NCBI RefSeq assembly: GCF_018350175.1
Contig: NC_058380.1
Span: forward strand, 55,552,001-55,616,000
Reading direction: 5' to 3'
From: Felis catus
Lineage: Eukaryota
DNA length: 64,000 bases
Below the pieces are notes generated by a model. The model was not told the origin of the DNA and did not search any database. It worked only from the letters and a program-made list of their open reading frames with translations. Each line of letters opens with the position of its first letter. Position 1 is the first letter of the stretch. Below, in pieces: positions 12,841-24,960 of this stretch. A program made the position numbers and the translations under genes.

Positions 12841-12943
12841 ATTTATTCAATGACTGGCAGACTTACTGGTTCTAACAAAGATTGGTTAAAATGTATAGAC
12901 CTGTAAAAATGTTAACAGTTGGAGAATTTAAGTGAACAATACA

Positions 12944-13200
12944 CAGACAGTCCCCAACTTAACAATAAACTGACTTACAATTTTTCTACTTCACAGTGGT
13001 GCAAAAGCAATTCACATTTAGTGGAAACCATAGTTCAGATTTTGAATTTTGATCTTTTCTCAGGCTAGTAATATAATGCTGTCTTATGACACTGGGCAGT
13101 GGCAGCAAGCTGCAGCTTGCAGTCAGCCGTGCAGTCATGAGGGTAAACAACGAATACATTTACAACCATCCTGTTTTTCACTTTCAGTACAGTATTCCTT
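12944..13200. mobile_element. TcMar-Tigger relic (MER47/Tigger5-like), running into an assembly gap
   Basis: cagacagtccccaactta...gacttacaatttttctactt...tgtttttcactttcagtacagtatt resembles the consensus as I recall it. Confidence 0.6.
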
Positions 13201-13206
13201 GAGATA

Positions 13207-13374
13207 NNNNNNNNNNNNNNNNNNNNNNNNNNNNNNNNNNNNNNNNNNNNNNNNNNNNNNNNNNNNNNNNNNNNNNNNNNNNNNNNNNNNNNNNNNNNNN
13301 NNNNNNNNNNNNNNNNNNNNNNNNNNNNNNNNNNNNNNNNNNNNNNNNNNNNNNNNNNNNNNNNNNNNNNNNNN
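13207..13374. other. Assembly gap (168 N)
   Basis: run of n. Confidence 1.
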
Positions 13375-13502
13375 TTGTTTTATCATTATAATATTCTTGT
13401 TACTTTGTTTGGAAATTTCTCAAAATAAATAGTTAAACAAAAACAGGCAAATGCAGGCAAAGTATAGTCCTGTTTTATCTTGAAGTTTGACTTTCCACTA
13501 CA

Positions 13503-14192
13503 TTTTTTTTTTAAGTTTATTTACTTTTGAGAGAGAGGGAGAGCGAGCAAGTATGAGTGGAGGAGGGGCAGAGAGAAGGAGCGAGAATCCCAAGCAGGCT
13601 CCATGCTTTACACCCACCATGGGGCTCAAACTTACAACCCTGAGATCAAGAGTCATCTGCTCCACCACCTGAGCCAGCCAGGTGCCCTACCCAGGTGCCT
13701 AGTTTTATATACGCTAATTGCAACTACTTAAAGGGAAAAAAATCTGAAAGAAAGTGTATTAAAATGCAGTATTTGTGTTGTTAATGGAATTCTTCCCTTT
13801 ATTTTCCAAATTTTCTGTAAGACAGTACTAATTTTAATGATTATATGTCTACTTTATCTGTCTGATGTTTAGGTGAAATCTCAGAGATAGTCATCCCCAT
13901 TCTCATCCCAGATAACCCAAGCTCCCAGTGTCAGCCAAGGGGTTGGCTCAGACCCATGTAGATCTGTCTTGCTTATATTCTTCTAGGAAGATAAAATCAT
14001 ATCTTGTCCCAAGTAGTTATTATTCCTTCCTTAATGATTGGGTTTACTGATGAGCGCCTGGGTGGCTCAGTCGGTTAAGTGTTGAACTTTGGCTCAGGTC
14101 ATGATCTCACGGTTCGTGGGTTCGACCCCCACATCAGGCTCTGTGCTGACAGGCAGAGCCTGGAGCCTGCTTTGGATTCTGTATTTCTCTAT

Positions 14193-14256
<64 letters not shown>

Positions 14257-14330
14257 CCTCCCCTGCTTATACTGTGTATCTCTCTGTCTCTCAAAAAAAA
14301 ATAATTTTAAAAAATTTTTATAAAAAATAA
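13503..14330. mobile_element. Two Can-SINEs (- about 13503-13688; + about 14052-14330 with expanded (CT)n)
   Basis: SINE consensus features. Confidence 0.85.
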
Positions 14331-14454
14331 GTAGGTTTACTGAAATGACATCATTAATGTATAAAGAAGTTAGGACTTGGTGGGCACTCTGTGTTACTGT
14401 AAGTTTTCCTCTCCTTCCTTTCCTTTTATTTACTTACATCTCTCTTACTTCCAG

Positions 14455-14553
14455 GAGATTAGCAGAGGCATTTCATATCAGCGAGGATTCCGATCCTTTC
14501 AATATACGTTCTTCAGGGTCAAAATTCAGTGACAGTTTAAAAGAAGATGCCAG
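14455..14553 (+). CDS. NFX1: NFX1 coding exon ([33 protein letters not shown])
   Basis: long pyrimidine tract + ttccag acceptor, AG|gtgtgt donor; 99 bp. Confidence 0.95.
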
Positions 14554-14753
14554 GTGTGTATGTAACTTGGTACCACCTTTCTTAATTATGGCTTACAAGA
14601 CTGTTTGGTCTTTTAAGATATAATAACTAATATGTGCTCATCTGTGATTGAGCCAGTTAAAGTCTATATATCTATTATAAGAGATTATATGATGTTTAAT
14701 AAAAATCCTTTACTAGGTTTCTCGAAATTTTCCTCTAGAAGAATGGAGCAGGG

Positions 14754-14774
14754 TGTGTGTGTGTGTGTGTGTGT

Positions 14775-14811
<37 letters not shown>
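14754..14811. repeat. Compound (TG)n(AG)n microsatellite
   Basis: direct reading. Confidence 0.95.
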
Positions 14812-14815
<4 letters not shown>

Positions 14816-15162
14816 CCCTGTAGTAGAAGTGTGGGCTTCATAGGGCTTGGACTAGCCTGAATTCCACTTCTGGCTCCTCACTTGGGTCCTCACTTGGGCA
14901 GTAATAGCTCTTATTTTCCTCCTATCTCCTGGCCCTCCAGAATGCTCTTTCTCCATCTTCTCCTTTCTCATATTTGTTTTCTCTTTTTCTTTTCCTTTGT
15001 TCAGTCACAGTCAGTCTTCTATTATCTGACAGTTCCTGACCTCTGCTGTTTTTCTGCCCACATTGTTCATTGTCTGCAGTTTACGGGCAGAGAGGGTGGG
15101 TAGAAGGGATTCTCAGAAGTGCAGGAACAGATGAAATTAACTGTGGTGATTTCTCATTTCAG

Positions 15163-15229
15163 GAAGGATTTAAAGTTTGTCAGTGACATTGAGAAAGAAA
15201 TGGAAGCCCTTGTGGAGGCCGTGAATAAG
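15163..15229 (+). CDS. NFX1: NFX1 coding exon (KDLKFVSDIEKEMEALVEAVNK), start of R3H region
   Basis: tttcag acceptor, weak AAG|gttgaa donor; 67 bp. Confidence 0.93.
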
Positions 15230-16107
15230 GTTGAAGTCAAAACATCCAACTGGACATGTCTCTAAGGCCAGCTTGATTAAAAAAAAAAAAAATCCTAGAA
15301 ACACCATCAATATAGAGTAGTTATAGGAAAAAGTCACAACTTCTTGATGATCGTTATCTTTCCCCAAAGCCCAGCCATTATAATATCTATGGAAGCCTTG
15401 TCCTGGTTCAGAAAAAAACTCCTCAATCAAAGTCAGTGTAAATAAAAAATTTTAGCTTAGTGCCTAAGATTGGGTGAAGAAACTCTGAACAATTGGAGGC
15501 ATTCGGTAGTGATAATTGAATGCCTGTGTGGGATACTTAGGAAGACATGATCTCCAAAGGGCTATTATATGATAGGTCACACTGATTCTTTATTACCCCC
15601 AAGGCACAATAGAAACCCTGGGGTAAAAATGAAAAGTTGAATGACTAGAGCTAAAGAGTAGTGGGATAGACTCCTTTAAGAGAGTGAAGCCCTTGTCCTG
15701 GAGGTAGCTTTAAGGGAAAAAGTCTTTAATTTAGTCAGAAGCATCCAATCCCATGGTGACTCCCTCTTTATTCTGTGGGGATGTGAGTGAGGACAAGATA
15801 CCTATATTAGATCCACATTTAATGAAGAGGAATTTCCTTCCTGCCATCTCCCTTAGCCCCTCCCTTTCCTCCCTTCCTCCCTTCTGTTCCCAGTTCCCAG
15901 CAGGACACTAGCATGATGGAGAAAATGGAATCATTGTTCCTAACTAGGAAACCTGTGCAAGTGTATTTCTCTGCTAGTGTGTCTGTATCTGCACACTCAT
16001 GATTTTTAGCATAAAACATATTTTTTATAAGAAATGAAATTGTCTTGTTTTAGGTCTTTGATTTATTTAGTCATTTTATCAATCATTCATCTTTACCCTC
16101 AATACAG

Positions 16108-16253
16108 GGAAAGAATAGTAAGAAGAGCCACTGCTTCCCTCCCATGAACAGAGACCACCGTCGGATCATCCACGACCTGGCCCAAGTGTACGGCCTAGAG
16201 AGTGTGAGCTATGACAGTGAACCAAAGCGCAACGTTGTGGTCACTGCGGTCAG
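16108..16253 (+). CDS. NFX1: NFX1 coding exon, R3H domain core ([49 protein letters not shown])
   Basis: atacag acceptor, AG|gtgggt donor; 146 bp; R-x3-H motif (RRIIH). Confidence 0.97.
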
Positions 16254-16992
16254 GTGGGTTGATCTTGTCATCACAGGAGGAAGTGCTCATTGGAGCAGGC
16301 TGGACCTCGGAAAGCAGGATCTATCAATGTTTGCTTTCCTTGCTTCCTCTCTTAGAAGAATAGATAGAAAGCCTGCTTATGGGATAGCCATTCTGGCACA
16401 ATCAAAAAGTCCGATACAAAGGTCTGAACCAGAGAGCAAAGCCCATGCCTCAGTCCACAGGACAGACACGTCTAAAGACATGCAAGGCTTTTATCTGCCC
16501 CAATCCACAAGTGACACTGGAGGCATCATTTCCTCAGATACAGGGAGCAGACCCTGAGGGCCTGGGTTGCATGCCTGCCCATCACATCTGTCCCCTTTTC
16601 CCTTGTCCTCCTGGCATGATGAAAACAAGATGCTAGACTCTGATTCAAGGCATCCCCCGTAAACAGTGTTTGCCATTAGATGAGACTATGGCTGTGTTAT
16701 GAGCAGGGAAGTGACAGTGAGGATCTAGAATCACTGTCAGAACCTGAGAGAGTAGGAGGGACTTCCAGAAGAAAAAACTTGAATATGAGATGACAGGAAG
16801 CAGGTAACAGGCCCAACAGAGATGAGTGGAAGGGACAAGGGTTAAATGAAGGTGACCATGCCTGAGAGGAGACAGGTCACATCGGAGCACTTAGCAGCAG
16901 CACAGTGAAAATCATGACTGGATTTGCAGCGGTCTGCCTGTCTCCACAAACAATTCTCACTTTTCAATATTTTGTGTTCTGTCTTTTATCAG

Positions 16993-17097
16993 AGGGAAGT
17001 CCATTTGTCCTCCTAACACGCTGACAGGTGTCCTTGAAAGGGAAATACAGTCACGGGCTCCACCACCAATTCCTCATCACAGGCATCAGACAGACAA
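16993..17097 (+). CDS. NFX1: NFX1 coding exon ([35 protein letters not shown])
   Basis: ttatcag acceptor, AA|gtaagg donor; 105 bp. Confidence 0.95.
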
Positions 17098-18004
17098 GTA
17101 AGGATCCTTCAGCTGCTTTCCAAAGGGTTCTGTCTATTCAGAAAAGCCAGCAGGGGCTAAACTGTCCAGGTCTCTACCAGCCATTGGCAGCCTCTCAGGC
17201 CTGGCCTTGGGGGGCTTTATTCAAATAAGTAAGGTGTGACTGGGGTGTCAGACACATTTGTTCATGCCAGAGGGGTCCCAGGTTTGATGTTTATAATGCC
17301 CACTTCTCTTCTGGAGAAAAGTCATTGGACATAACTTCCATGGTGTAGATGGTGACACTGGGAAGTGGACTCATTGTGTCACAGCGGATGATTTAGGAAC
17401 GCTACATGGTTCACAACATTTATTCTGCAGATGGATGTGGGATAGTGGGCTGAGGTTGCAGTGAAGGTGGGGACTTTAGCGTTTTGCTCTAGTGACCTCT
17501 ATATGGTTTGTATCATTTTTACAACAGAAACGTATATTCATGATTTAGAGATAAGAAAACCACATTGGCAAGCAGCAAGTCTCAGAAGCAGGAAAGAAGA
17601 ACCATCCCCTTTTCCTTTCCTTTCCTTTGCCAGAAAGGAAGCTGGCTGCCTTATTGTGACTGAGGCAGCATTGCTGAAAGTTGCCCTGAAACTCAGCAGG
17701 GTCCCTAATGCTGTTCTGGCCTTCCACATAGAAGCTTTACCAGAACTTCTTATACAGAACTTCTGGGAGGGTGGGAAGGGCAGTTTATAAAGTCACCATG
17801 AGGGCCATAGCAATCGGTGTTCCCTGGGACTGGACAGGACGGCTAGGCGTTGCCCGTTGGGCACAGCCTTAGCAAGGATTGTCTGGGTCAGTGTAGCTCC
17901 ATAGGACCAGCCCTGCTTCACCCCTGTAAAACAGGTGGCCTGGATTCCAGTCAGCCCAGCTGCATATCCACATGGGCAGTGGTTTTGGAAATGTGAGGTA
18001 TTCT

Positions 18005-18238
18005 GGGGCGCCTGGGTGGCGCAGTCGGTTAAGCGTCCGACTTCAGCCAGGTCACGATCTCGCGGTCTGTGAGTTCGAGCCCCGCGTCAGGCTCTGGGCT
18101 GATGGCTCAGAGCCTGGAGCCTGTTTCCGATTCTGTGTCTCCCTCTCTCTCTGCCCCTCCCCCGTTCATGCTTTGTCTCTCTCTGTCCCAAAATAAATAA
18201 ACATTGAAAAAAAAATAAAAAATTTAAAAAAAAAAAAA
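18005..18238 (+). mobile_element. Young felid Can-SINE (SINEC_Fc-type) in the last NFX1 intron
   Basis: near-identical to the 891 copy; perfect 17-bp TSD gaaatgtgaggtattct (17988-18004 / 18239-18255). Confidence 0.95.
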
Positions 18239-18578
18239 GAAATGTGAGGTATTCTACATGTTATTTCACAGCCATGTCTAGTACCACCTGAACATAACCG
18301 TGTGGAGTCTTTGGCCTGTTTGCGCCATGCTTTTTTCCTTTTGTTTGCTTTAATTTTGTATAAAATTTTATTGTAGAAGACTTTTAGAGTCAAGAGAATA
18401 TTATTAATACAGTGAACCCCTGCGTGCCCATCACCAAATTTCAAGTTCCCAACTCATGTGTGCCCCACTGTCTTACCAAAGCTTTGCAAATGGCAAATCA
18501 GCTGATCCTTAACTTTCTGAAGACCTCAGTCCACTTCTCCCAAACAAGAAGACTGATTATTCTTTGTTTGCTTTTCAG

Positions 18579-18651
18579 GAATCCTGGGAGCAGTAATTTA
18601 CAGAAAATAGCCAAGGAACCAGTAATTGACTACTTTGATGTCCAGGACTGA
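18579..18651 (+). CDS. NFX1: NFX1 terminal coding exon of the long (NFX1-123-type) isoform ([23 protein letters not shown])
   Basis: ttttcag acceptor; TGA at 18649-18651; matches NFX1 C-terminus. Confidence 0.96.
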
Positions 18652-20039
18652 GAAGATCAAGATGCACTTAGATAAAAGAATGATTAGGTGTGATGGAGAC
18701 TTGTTTGCCAGCAGAAAATCATGCTTGTTCCCAACTGCCTGGTGAACTCACACACAGCCTCACATACTGTCTTGTACTGATACGTCCAAAGCATGAGTGT
18801 ATCAGAAGTCCCCTTGTCCTCTATTCCGTCTGTATAAAGTGTTTCGGTACAGCCAGATCTGACTGGATGGTCGCTAGTGATTCGGTCATGTATTTGCAGA
18901 GGCTCCACCATCACCGTGATTTCTCGGAGGGCTGGGGAATATTGGGTTTGATTTGGACAAACCAGAATTTTAGCCTGAAAGCAGCACTTAGTCATAGCCT
19001 CAGTTGTCCCAGTTATCCCTCCTCCTCGTAAAAATGTCTGCAACATCAACTGCACCTCACTTTTTGGATTAATCCAAACTGATCACAATCTTTGGAAAGA
19101 CACAAGTGAGCTTCTCAGTCCAGAATACCAAACATTGAGTTGGTACACCATATCCAGAATCACACATTGTGTTAAACCCAGCTATCTTATCTGAGTCTTT
19201 TGCCAAAAACTCTCCTAGGTCTATCTGGCTGAACTTATGGGACTTGGAGATCCTTGGTGCCATCAGTTCTAGACCTAGGAGAGGGATCAGGGTGCTTTAC
19301 AGAACTCCATTTTCTAAAGTCCAGGGGTGTGGCTCATACCACATCCCTGAGCTTGTCTGGTGACAGGTTAGCTTTATCTGCCATGACAGAAGAGGACGTA
19401 GAGCAAGCTCCTCATGCTGCCAAGTTCAGTGTGGCCTCTGTGTACTGAGCAGTGTAGCCCTAATTCCTCTCTGGTTGAGAAAGAGTCTCAGGTGGATTTA
19501 CCTTTCCTGTGTTGCTTTCTCCCAGGTCTGCAGCAGCTATATTGGCTCTCCTGGTCTCTGAGCTCTGGACTTCTGTTTGAATATACACAAAAGTATGTGG
19601 ACAGTCCAGGGCTTATCCTAGCAGCCCTCTGGAGGCACTCTTGAGTCTCCATTAAGGCAGGTGCACTGACAGTTACATTAGTTTGGCCCTCTCTGGCCTT
19701 GGCACCCCTCCAGCTTGGAGGCCAGACTTCCAACAACTTTCTCCAGAGCAAGCCACGAGCCCCAGAACAACAGAAGATTTCAGAAGTGACGTCACAAAAC
19801 TGGCACTTAGTTTTCATAGGAAGAGCAGGGTCACCCTTTGGTCCTGACCCAGACAATCTGCCTTGAGAGGCAGCAAGTACAGAAGCAGAAGAAGCAACTG
19901 GAGGGAAGAGATGGAAAACTACAAAACCACCTCTACCTGGACCCATTTAGCACAGGGTCAGTAGCCCCAAACACAAGAAGCCCACAAGTACCTGTTACAT
20001 CTCTGAAGCAGTGGTTCATTGGGTGAACTGCATATGGAG

Positions 20040-20320
20040 AGCATCTCAGGAGGCAGGAGACCTGATTTTAGACGCCAGCTCTGCCACATAACTCGCTGCT
20101 TGGTGGAATGGAGGTATCACCTGCCTTACCAGGTTGTTGTGAGGATTAAATGAGATAAGACACATAGAGGTGCTTAATCTATCATAGGTGGTGGAAGTTT
20201 ATATAAATGATACTTGGGGGCGCCTGGCTTTCTCAGTTGGTAGAGCATCTGACTCTTAATCTCAGGGTCGTGAGTTCCAACCCCACATAGGGTATAGAGT
20301 TTACTTTTTAAAAAAAATAC
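20040..20320 (+). mobile_element. MIR fragment (about 20040-20175) followed by a short old Can-SINE (about 20217-20318)
   Basis: MIR core gttgttgtgaggattaaatgagata; SINE head ggggcgcctggct. Confidence 0.7.
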
Positions 20321-20874
20321 TTGGTATCTGGAAAATATATAAGCTGCTTCTTCCTCCATACTATTAGCCAAGTAAAAAGTATAGAATGCTAAACAGGCCT
20401 ACCTTCTGGTAGGCTTATGTGCCTACCCCATGCAGCCCTGTGCTAGGGCTGTGGTCTATTCTTTCAGTTAGTAATGCCCCAGAGATCACATCCCTGAACA
20501 CATATTTATAATGAAATTGGTTGGTCTGGCACAAACAGGTCATTAGTCTGTTATTAAAAGTTAAGGGGAGCTATAAGAGGCTCCTGTGATACTGGAAGTA
20601 GGAATGGGTTAGCTCTTGTGGTTGGGAGAAGGGAAATGGGAGGAAGTTTTTGGGCTGAGTCTTAAGATGGTAGACTGTCATTTGGAGAAGAGAGGCATGC
20701 CAAGCGAAGGTAAATGGCATGATGTGGCTTGCAGTGCGAATGAGGAAAGGTGAATCGTCCAGAGTGGGCAGTCAGCTAGAAGGACATGTGATGAGGCTGG
20801 AGAGGTAGAAAGAAAGCGGTCAGCTGTGGAGAGCCACAAAGAGCCACTGGAGAGTCCTAAGCAGAGAGTGACAG

Positions 20875-21187
20875 TAAAGGTCCAGATAGGAAATATTATA
20901 GGCTTTCTGAGTCTTAAGAGTTTCTGTTACAGCTACCCAACTCTGCCATTGTGATATGAAAGCGGCCACAAACAATACATAAGCGAATGAGCCTGCCTCT
21001 GTTCTAGTAAGGCCTTATTTTATAGACACTGAAATCAGAATTTCATATAATTTTTACATGGTGCAAAATAATGTCATTTTTTTCCAGCTATTTAAAAATT
21101 AGAAAACCATTCTTAGCTCATGAGTTGGACAAAAACAGGCAGCAGGATGGATTTGCCTAAGGACCTTAGTTTGCCCACACCCTGTTC
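20875..21187. mobile_element. hAT-Charlie relic (MER58B-like)
   Basis: caactctgccattg...aatttcatataattttta...ccattcttagctca...aaaacaggcagcaggatggatttg. Confidence 0.7.
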
Positions 21188-23327
21188 TAGAGCAGTGTCT
21201 CAGACAGTGTGTAGAAGGAATTGGAGGTTTAACATTGAGGCAAGAGGCCCAGCCAACAGCTATAGGAGTTATCCACACGAGAAGATGAGGATGCTGGGGG
21301 GTGGTGCTTCAAAGGGAAGAGATTCAGGAGGTCAGATAGGATGCTGAGTGCTGGCAGGTAGCTAGCACCCCTCGGATCACCAAAGGGACCCCTCACCCCC
21401 CTCAGCAAGGGGAAGCTGCTTCTCATGGGTTTGGTGGATTTTCCACTGAGCACTGGCCTTGGACATGAGCATGGACTAAATCCTGTGGGCACCGTGACCC
21501 CATACTATTGCTCCCTGAAAATCAGGTGATCTCATTCCTCCCCCTTCCAACCCTACCCTCTTCTTTGGCAGGAGATTCTTTATGGGGCCAGAGCTTTTCA
21601 GAGACCCAAGTTCTTATCTCTGGAATTCCCTCTGGCTTGTGTGGCAGGGCTGGCTCCTTTCAGCAGTGGTGTCTGCCTGACATGCAGTGGGAGGTTGTAT
21701 CCAGGATTGGAGATGAAAGCGGCCCTCCTGAATGCAGGGTCTGTGTGAAGCAGCTCTGGATCCTGTCCTGGACAGGCCAGAGAACAGACCAGGGGAGGGG
21801 AAGAAGGAATGTCAGTCTTGTAAGAGGTTCAAAATCTCACAGAGTGGGTCCTGTGATTTACGTTTGGAGGGTTAGGGTCCTTCCCACATGGTGTCAGCCT
21901 TCTTGCTTCATGCCTGAAACCCTAGAGACCTTGTTCTCTAAGGAGAACCTACCAATGTGCCTTCCCTTCTAAAATTAGGGAGGGAATGCCTGGCCACCTT
22001 CACAGACCTGCCTACCTTATCAGTCCCCTCCTATGTCCTGTAATACCTACTGAGAAATTTCTCCCTCCCAAGCTCACTACGTGGCCTCAACACAGATGTC
22101 CCATACTATCTCTAATGGCCTTGTAGAGCTCACAAATCTCCAGGGAAAGCTCTAAGCTAGCCTAACCCCTCAGTCTACAAAGGCCTACCCCAGAAGGGAT
22201 GTGTCACACTCAATGTGAGCCAGACCAAGACTGGAATCCAGGCTTTCTAGGTTTCCCAACCTAGAACTGCCCCTAGGCCGGGAGGGGTCTGAGTCTTCAA
22301 GGAGAAGGCAACTGTCTTCCCCAAACAAAATTCCTTTGGAGTCCTTCCCAGTAGCCCAAGCTGCCCTCAGCCCCCCAGGCTTCATGTGGTTGCTCTTTAT
22401 AAGGCACAGCGTGGCTACACAGAACCTGGCTAAACTGCTAGGACACCCAGTTGGCTGCCTCAACTCACTCTGTGAACCCTGAGCAGTTTGCTTCCATTGT
22501 CTGGGCATTGGTTTCCCCATCTGTCAGGTCGGGAATAGTTTCAGCCCACATGCTACCTGAAGCCATTGGAAGGCTAGTGGGTAGACAGGATCTGAGAGGC
22601 TGGGATATTCTGTCAGTTCAGTCAAGCGTTGAGCCTATCCCAGGATCATCCCTCAGAGGATAGCCCATTTGGGGGAAGGAATGGAGCAGTTGTGAAGCTG
22701 CTCTGGCAACAGCTGGGGCTTTCAGTCACCTCCCCCGCTTCTACTACCTCCACCCCTGCCCCCCTCCCCAGGCTTGACGCAGTGGTGAAGGAGTCTGAAG
22801 TACTCATGCACCCACTCCTTCTCAAAAGTCTCTTCTGATAGTAGATAACAGCTTTTGAGCACTTAATATGCACCAAGCACTGTGCTCATCTCTTAATCCT
22901 CAAAGCCCCTTGAAGCATATATTCTTACTATCTCTATTTTACCAATGGAGAAACTAAAGGTTGAAATTAGGTCACTTGCCCAAGATCACTCAATGAATTA
23001 CTGGGGATCTGAAGTTCCTATAAAGTCAGACTCAAAACCTGTGTCCTCTACTATACACAGAACAGGGAGAGTTCACACACATTACCTTGGAGTCCCTGGG
23101 ACTGCGTTGTCTGGCAGGTCGGGACAGGTGGAAGAAAAGCTTATACTGTGTCCCAATGTAGAGAACACAGCAACCCCCAGATGATGGGACTTTTTCCTAG
23201 GATGGCCACTAGGGAGCAGTATGTATCCCCAAACCAGGAGCCTGGGGCTGGGATGGGATAGTGCTTATACTTTGCCTCAAAAAAGCTTTTACTTAAAATT
23301 TGTTAGTAGTTTATAACCAGTATCTTC

Positions 23328-24165
23328 ATTTTTTTATGTTTATTTATGTATTTTTAATGTTTATTTTTGAGAGAGAGAGAGATGGAGTGTGAGCAGGGAA
23401 GGGTCAGAGAGAGAGACAGAATCTGAAGCAGTCTCCAGGCTATCAGCACAAAGCCTGACACTCAAACTCATGGACTGCGAGCTCATGACCTGAGCTGAAG
23501 CTGGACGCTTAACTGACTGAGCCACTCAGGCGCCCCAATGTTTATTTATTTTTGAGACAGAGAGACAGTGCGAGCCGGGGAGGGGCAGAGAGAGAAGGAG
23601 ACACAGAATCTGAAGCAGGCTCCAGGCTCTGAGCTTTAAGCACAGAGCCCAATGCAGGGCTCGAACACAGAACCACGAGATCATGACCTGAGCCGAAGTT
23701 GGGCACTCAACCAACTGAGCCACCCAGATGCCCCAATTTTTTTTTTAAGTTTATTTTGAGAGAGAGAGCATGTGGGGGAGGGGCAGAGAGAAAGGAAGAG
23801 AGAATCCCAAGCAGGCTTTACATTGTCAAAGAGCCCAACACGGAGTTCAAACTCACAAACCATGGGATCATGACCTGAGCTGAAATCAAGAGTCCCACAC
23901 TTAACTGACTGAGCCACCCAAGTATCTTTAAAACTTATAACCTTTCCAATTTTTTTTAATTTTTTTTTTACATTTATTTATTTTTGAGAGAGAGAGACAG
24001 AGCACAAGTAGGTGAGGGGCAGAGAAGGAGACACAGAATCCAAAGCAGGCTCCAGGCTCTGAGCTGTCAGCACAGACCCCGACGCGGGGCTCAAACCCAC
24101 AAACCTTGAGATCACAACCCAAGCCGAAGTCGGACGCTCAACCGACTGAGCCACCCAGGCGCCCC
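23328..24165 (-). mobile_element. Four consecutive - strand Can-SINEs
   Basis: four poly-T / (GA)n / ...ctgagccac units back to back. Confidence 0.9.
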
Positions 24166-24229
24166 CTGTTTGTTTTTTTAATACTGTTTTCTGTTTGTTT
24201 GCATACACAACGTAAGCACAGGAGGAAAA

Positions 24230-24960
24230 TCTAAGTCGTGCAGATATCTGAAGAAGAATGTCGCAGGCAGAGGAAACCGCCATTGCAAAGGCTCGGTGGT
24301 GGAAACATCATGTACCTTGAAAGAGCAGCAAAGCCATCAGCTGTGGGAGAATGAATAGGGAGAGAGAAGCAGGGGCCTGGAGGCCACTGGAAGTCTTTAG
24401 GCAGAGGAGTGAGTGATACAATTTGGCTTATTTTTTGAAAGGATCACTCCAACTGCTGTATTGAGACTAGACCATAGGGGTGACACAGAGCAAAAAGACA
24501 GACTGGGAGATGATCAGAAGACCACTCTGTCTGTAATCTAAGAGAGGCAATGGTGGCTCAAACCTGGGTGACAGTGGCGGGGTGATGAAAAGTGGTTGGA
24601 TTCTAAATGTATTTTGCAGGTAACACCTATAGGGTTTGCTAACAGCTAGGGTGTGGGTGGGGTGTGAGAGAGAAGGGGCTCAAGGATGACTTCAAAGATT
24701 TTGGCCTCAGCATTGGGAAGATTGAATTTGCTATTTACTAAGATAGGAAAGAGTGTGGGAGAAACAGCCTTGAGGGATGAAAATCTGTCCAGTGGGTGGT
24801 TGTACATAGGATTGGACAGGAGATCTAATTTGGGGAGCTGTGAGCATATAATGGTATTTACAGGCTGGTAAGGTCATGTTGGAAGGGAAGTCGAAAGAGA
24901 AGAGGTCCAGGGACTGTGCCCTGGGCATCCTGTCATCTACAGGGCAGGGAGCTGAGGACA
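24230..24960 (-). mobile_element. L2 fragment
   Basis: aggatcactcc...caaggatgacttcaaagattttggcct...gctatttactaagataggaaa typical of reverse L2. Confidence 0.7.

Noticed and set aside
16144-16557. 137-aa ORF starting in the R3H exon
   Set aside because: Real exon ends at the good donor at 16253; the rest is open intron with no recognisable protein and no nearby AATAAA seen
19488-19946. 152-aa antisense ORF downstream of NFX1
   Set aside because: No domain, splice or composition support; length expected by chance
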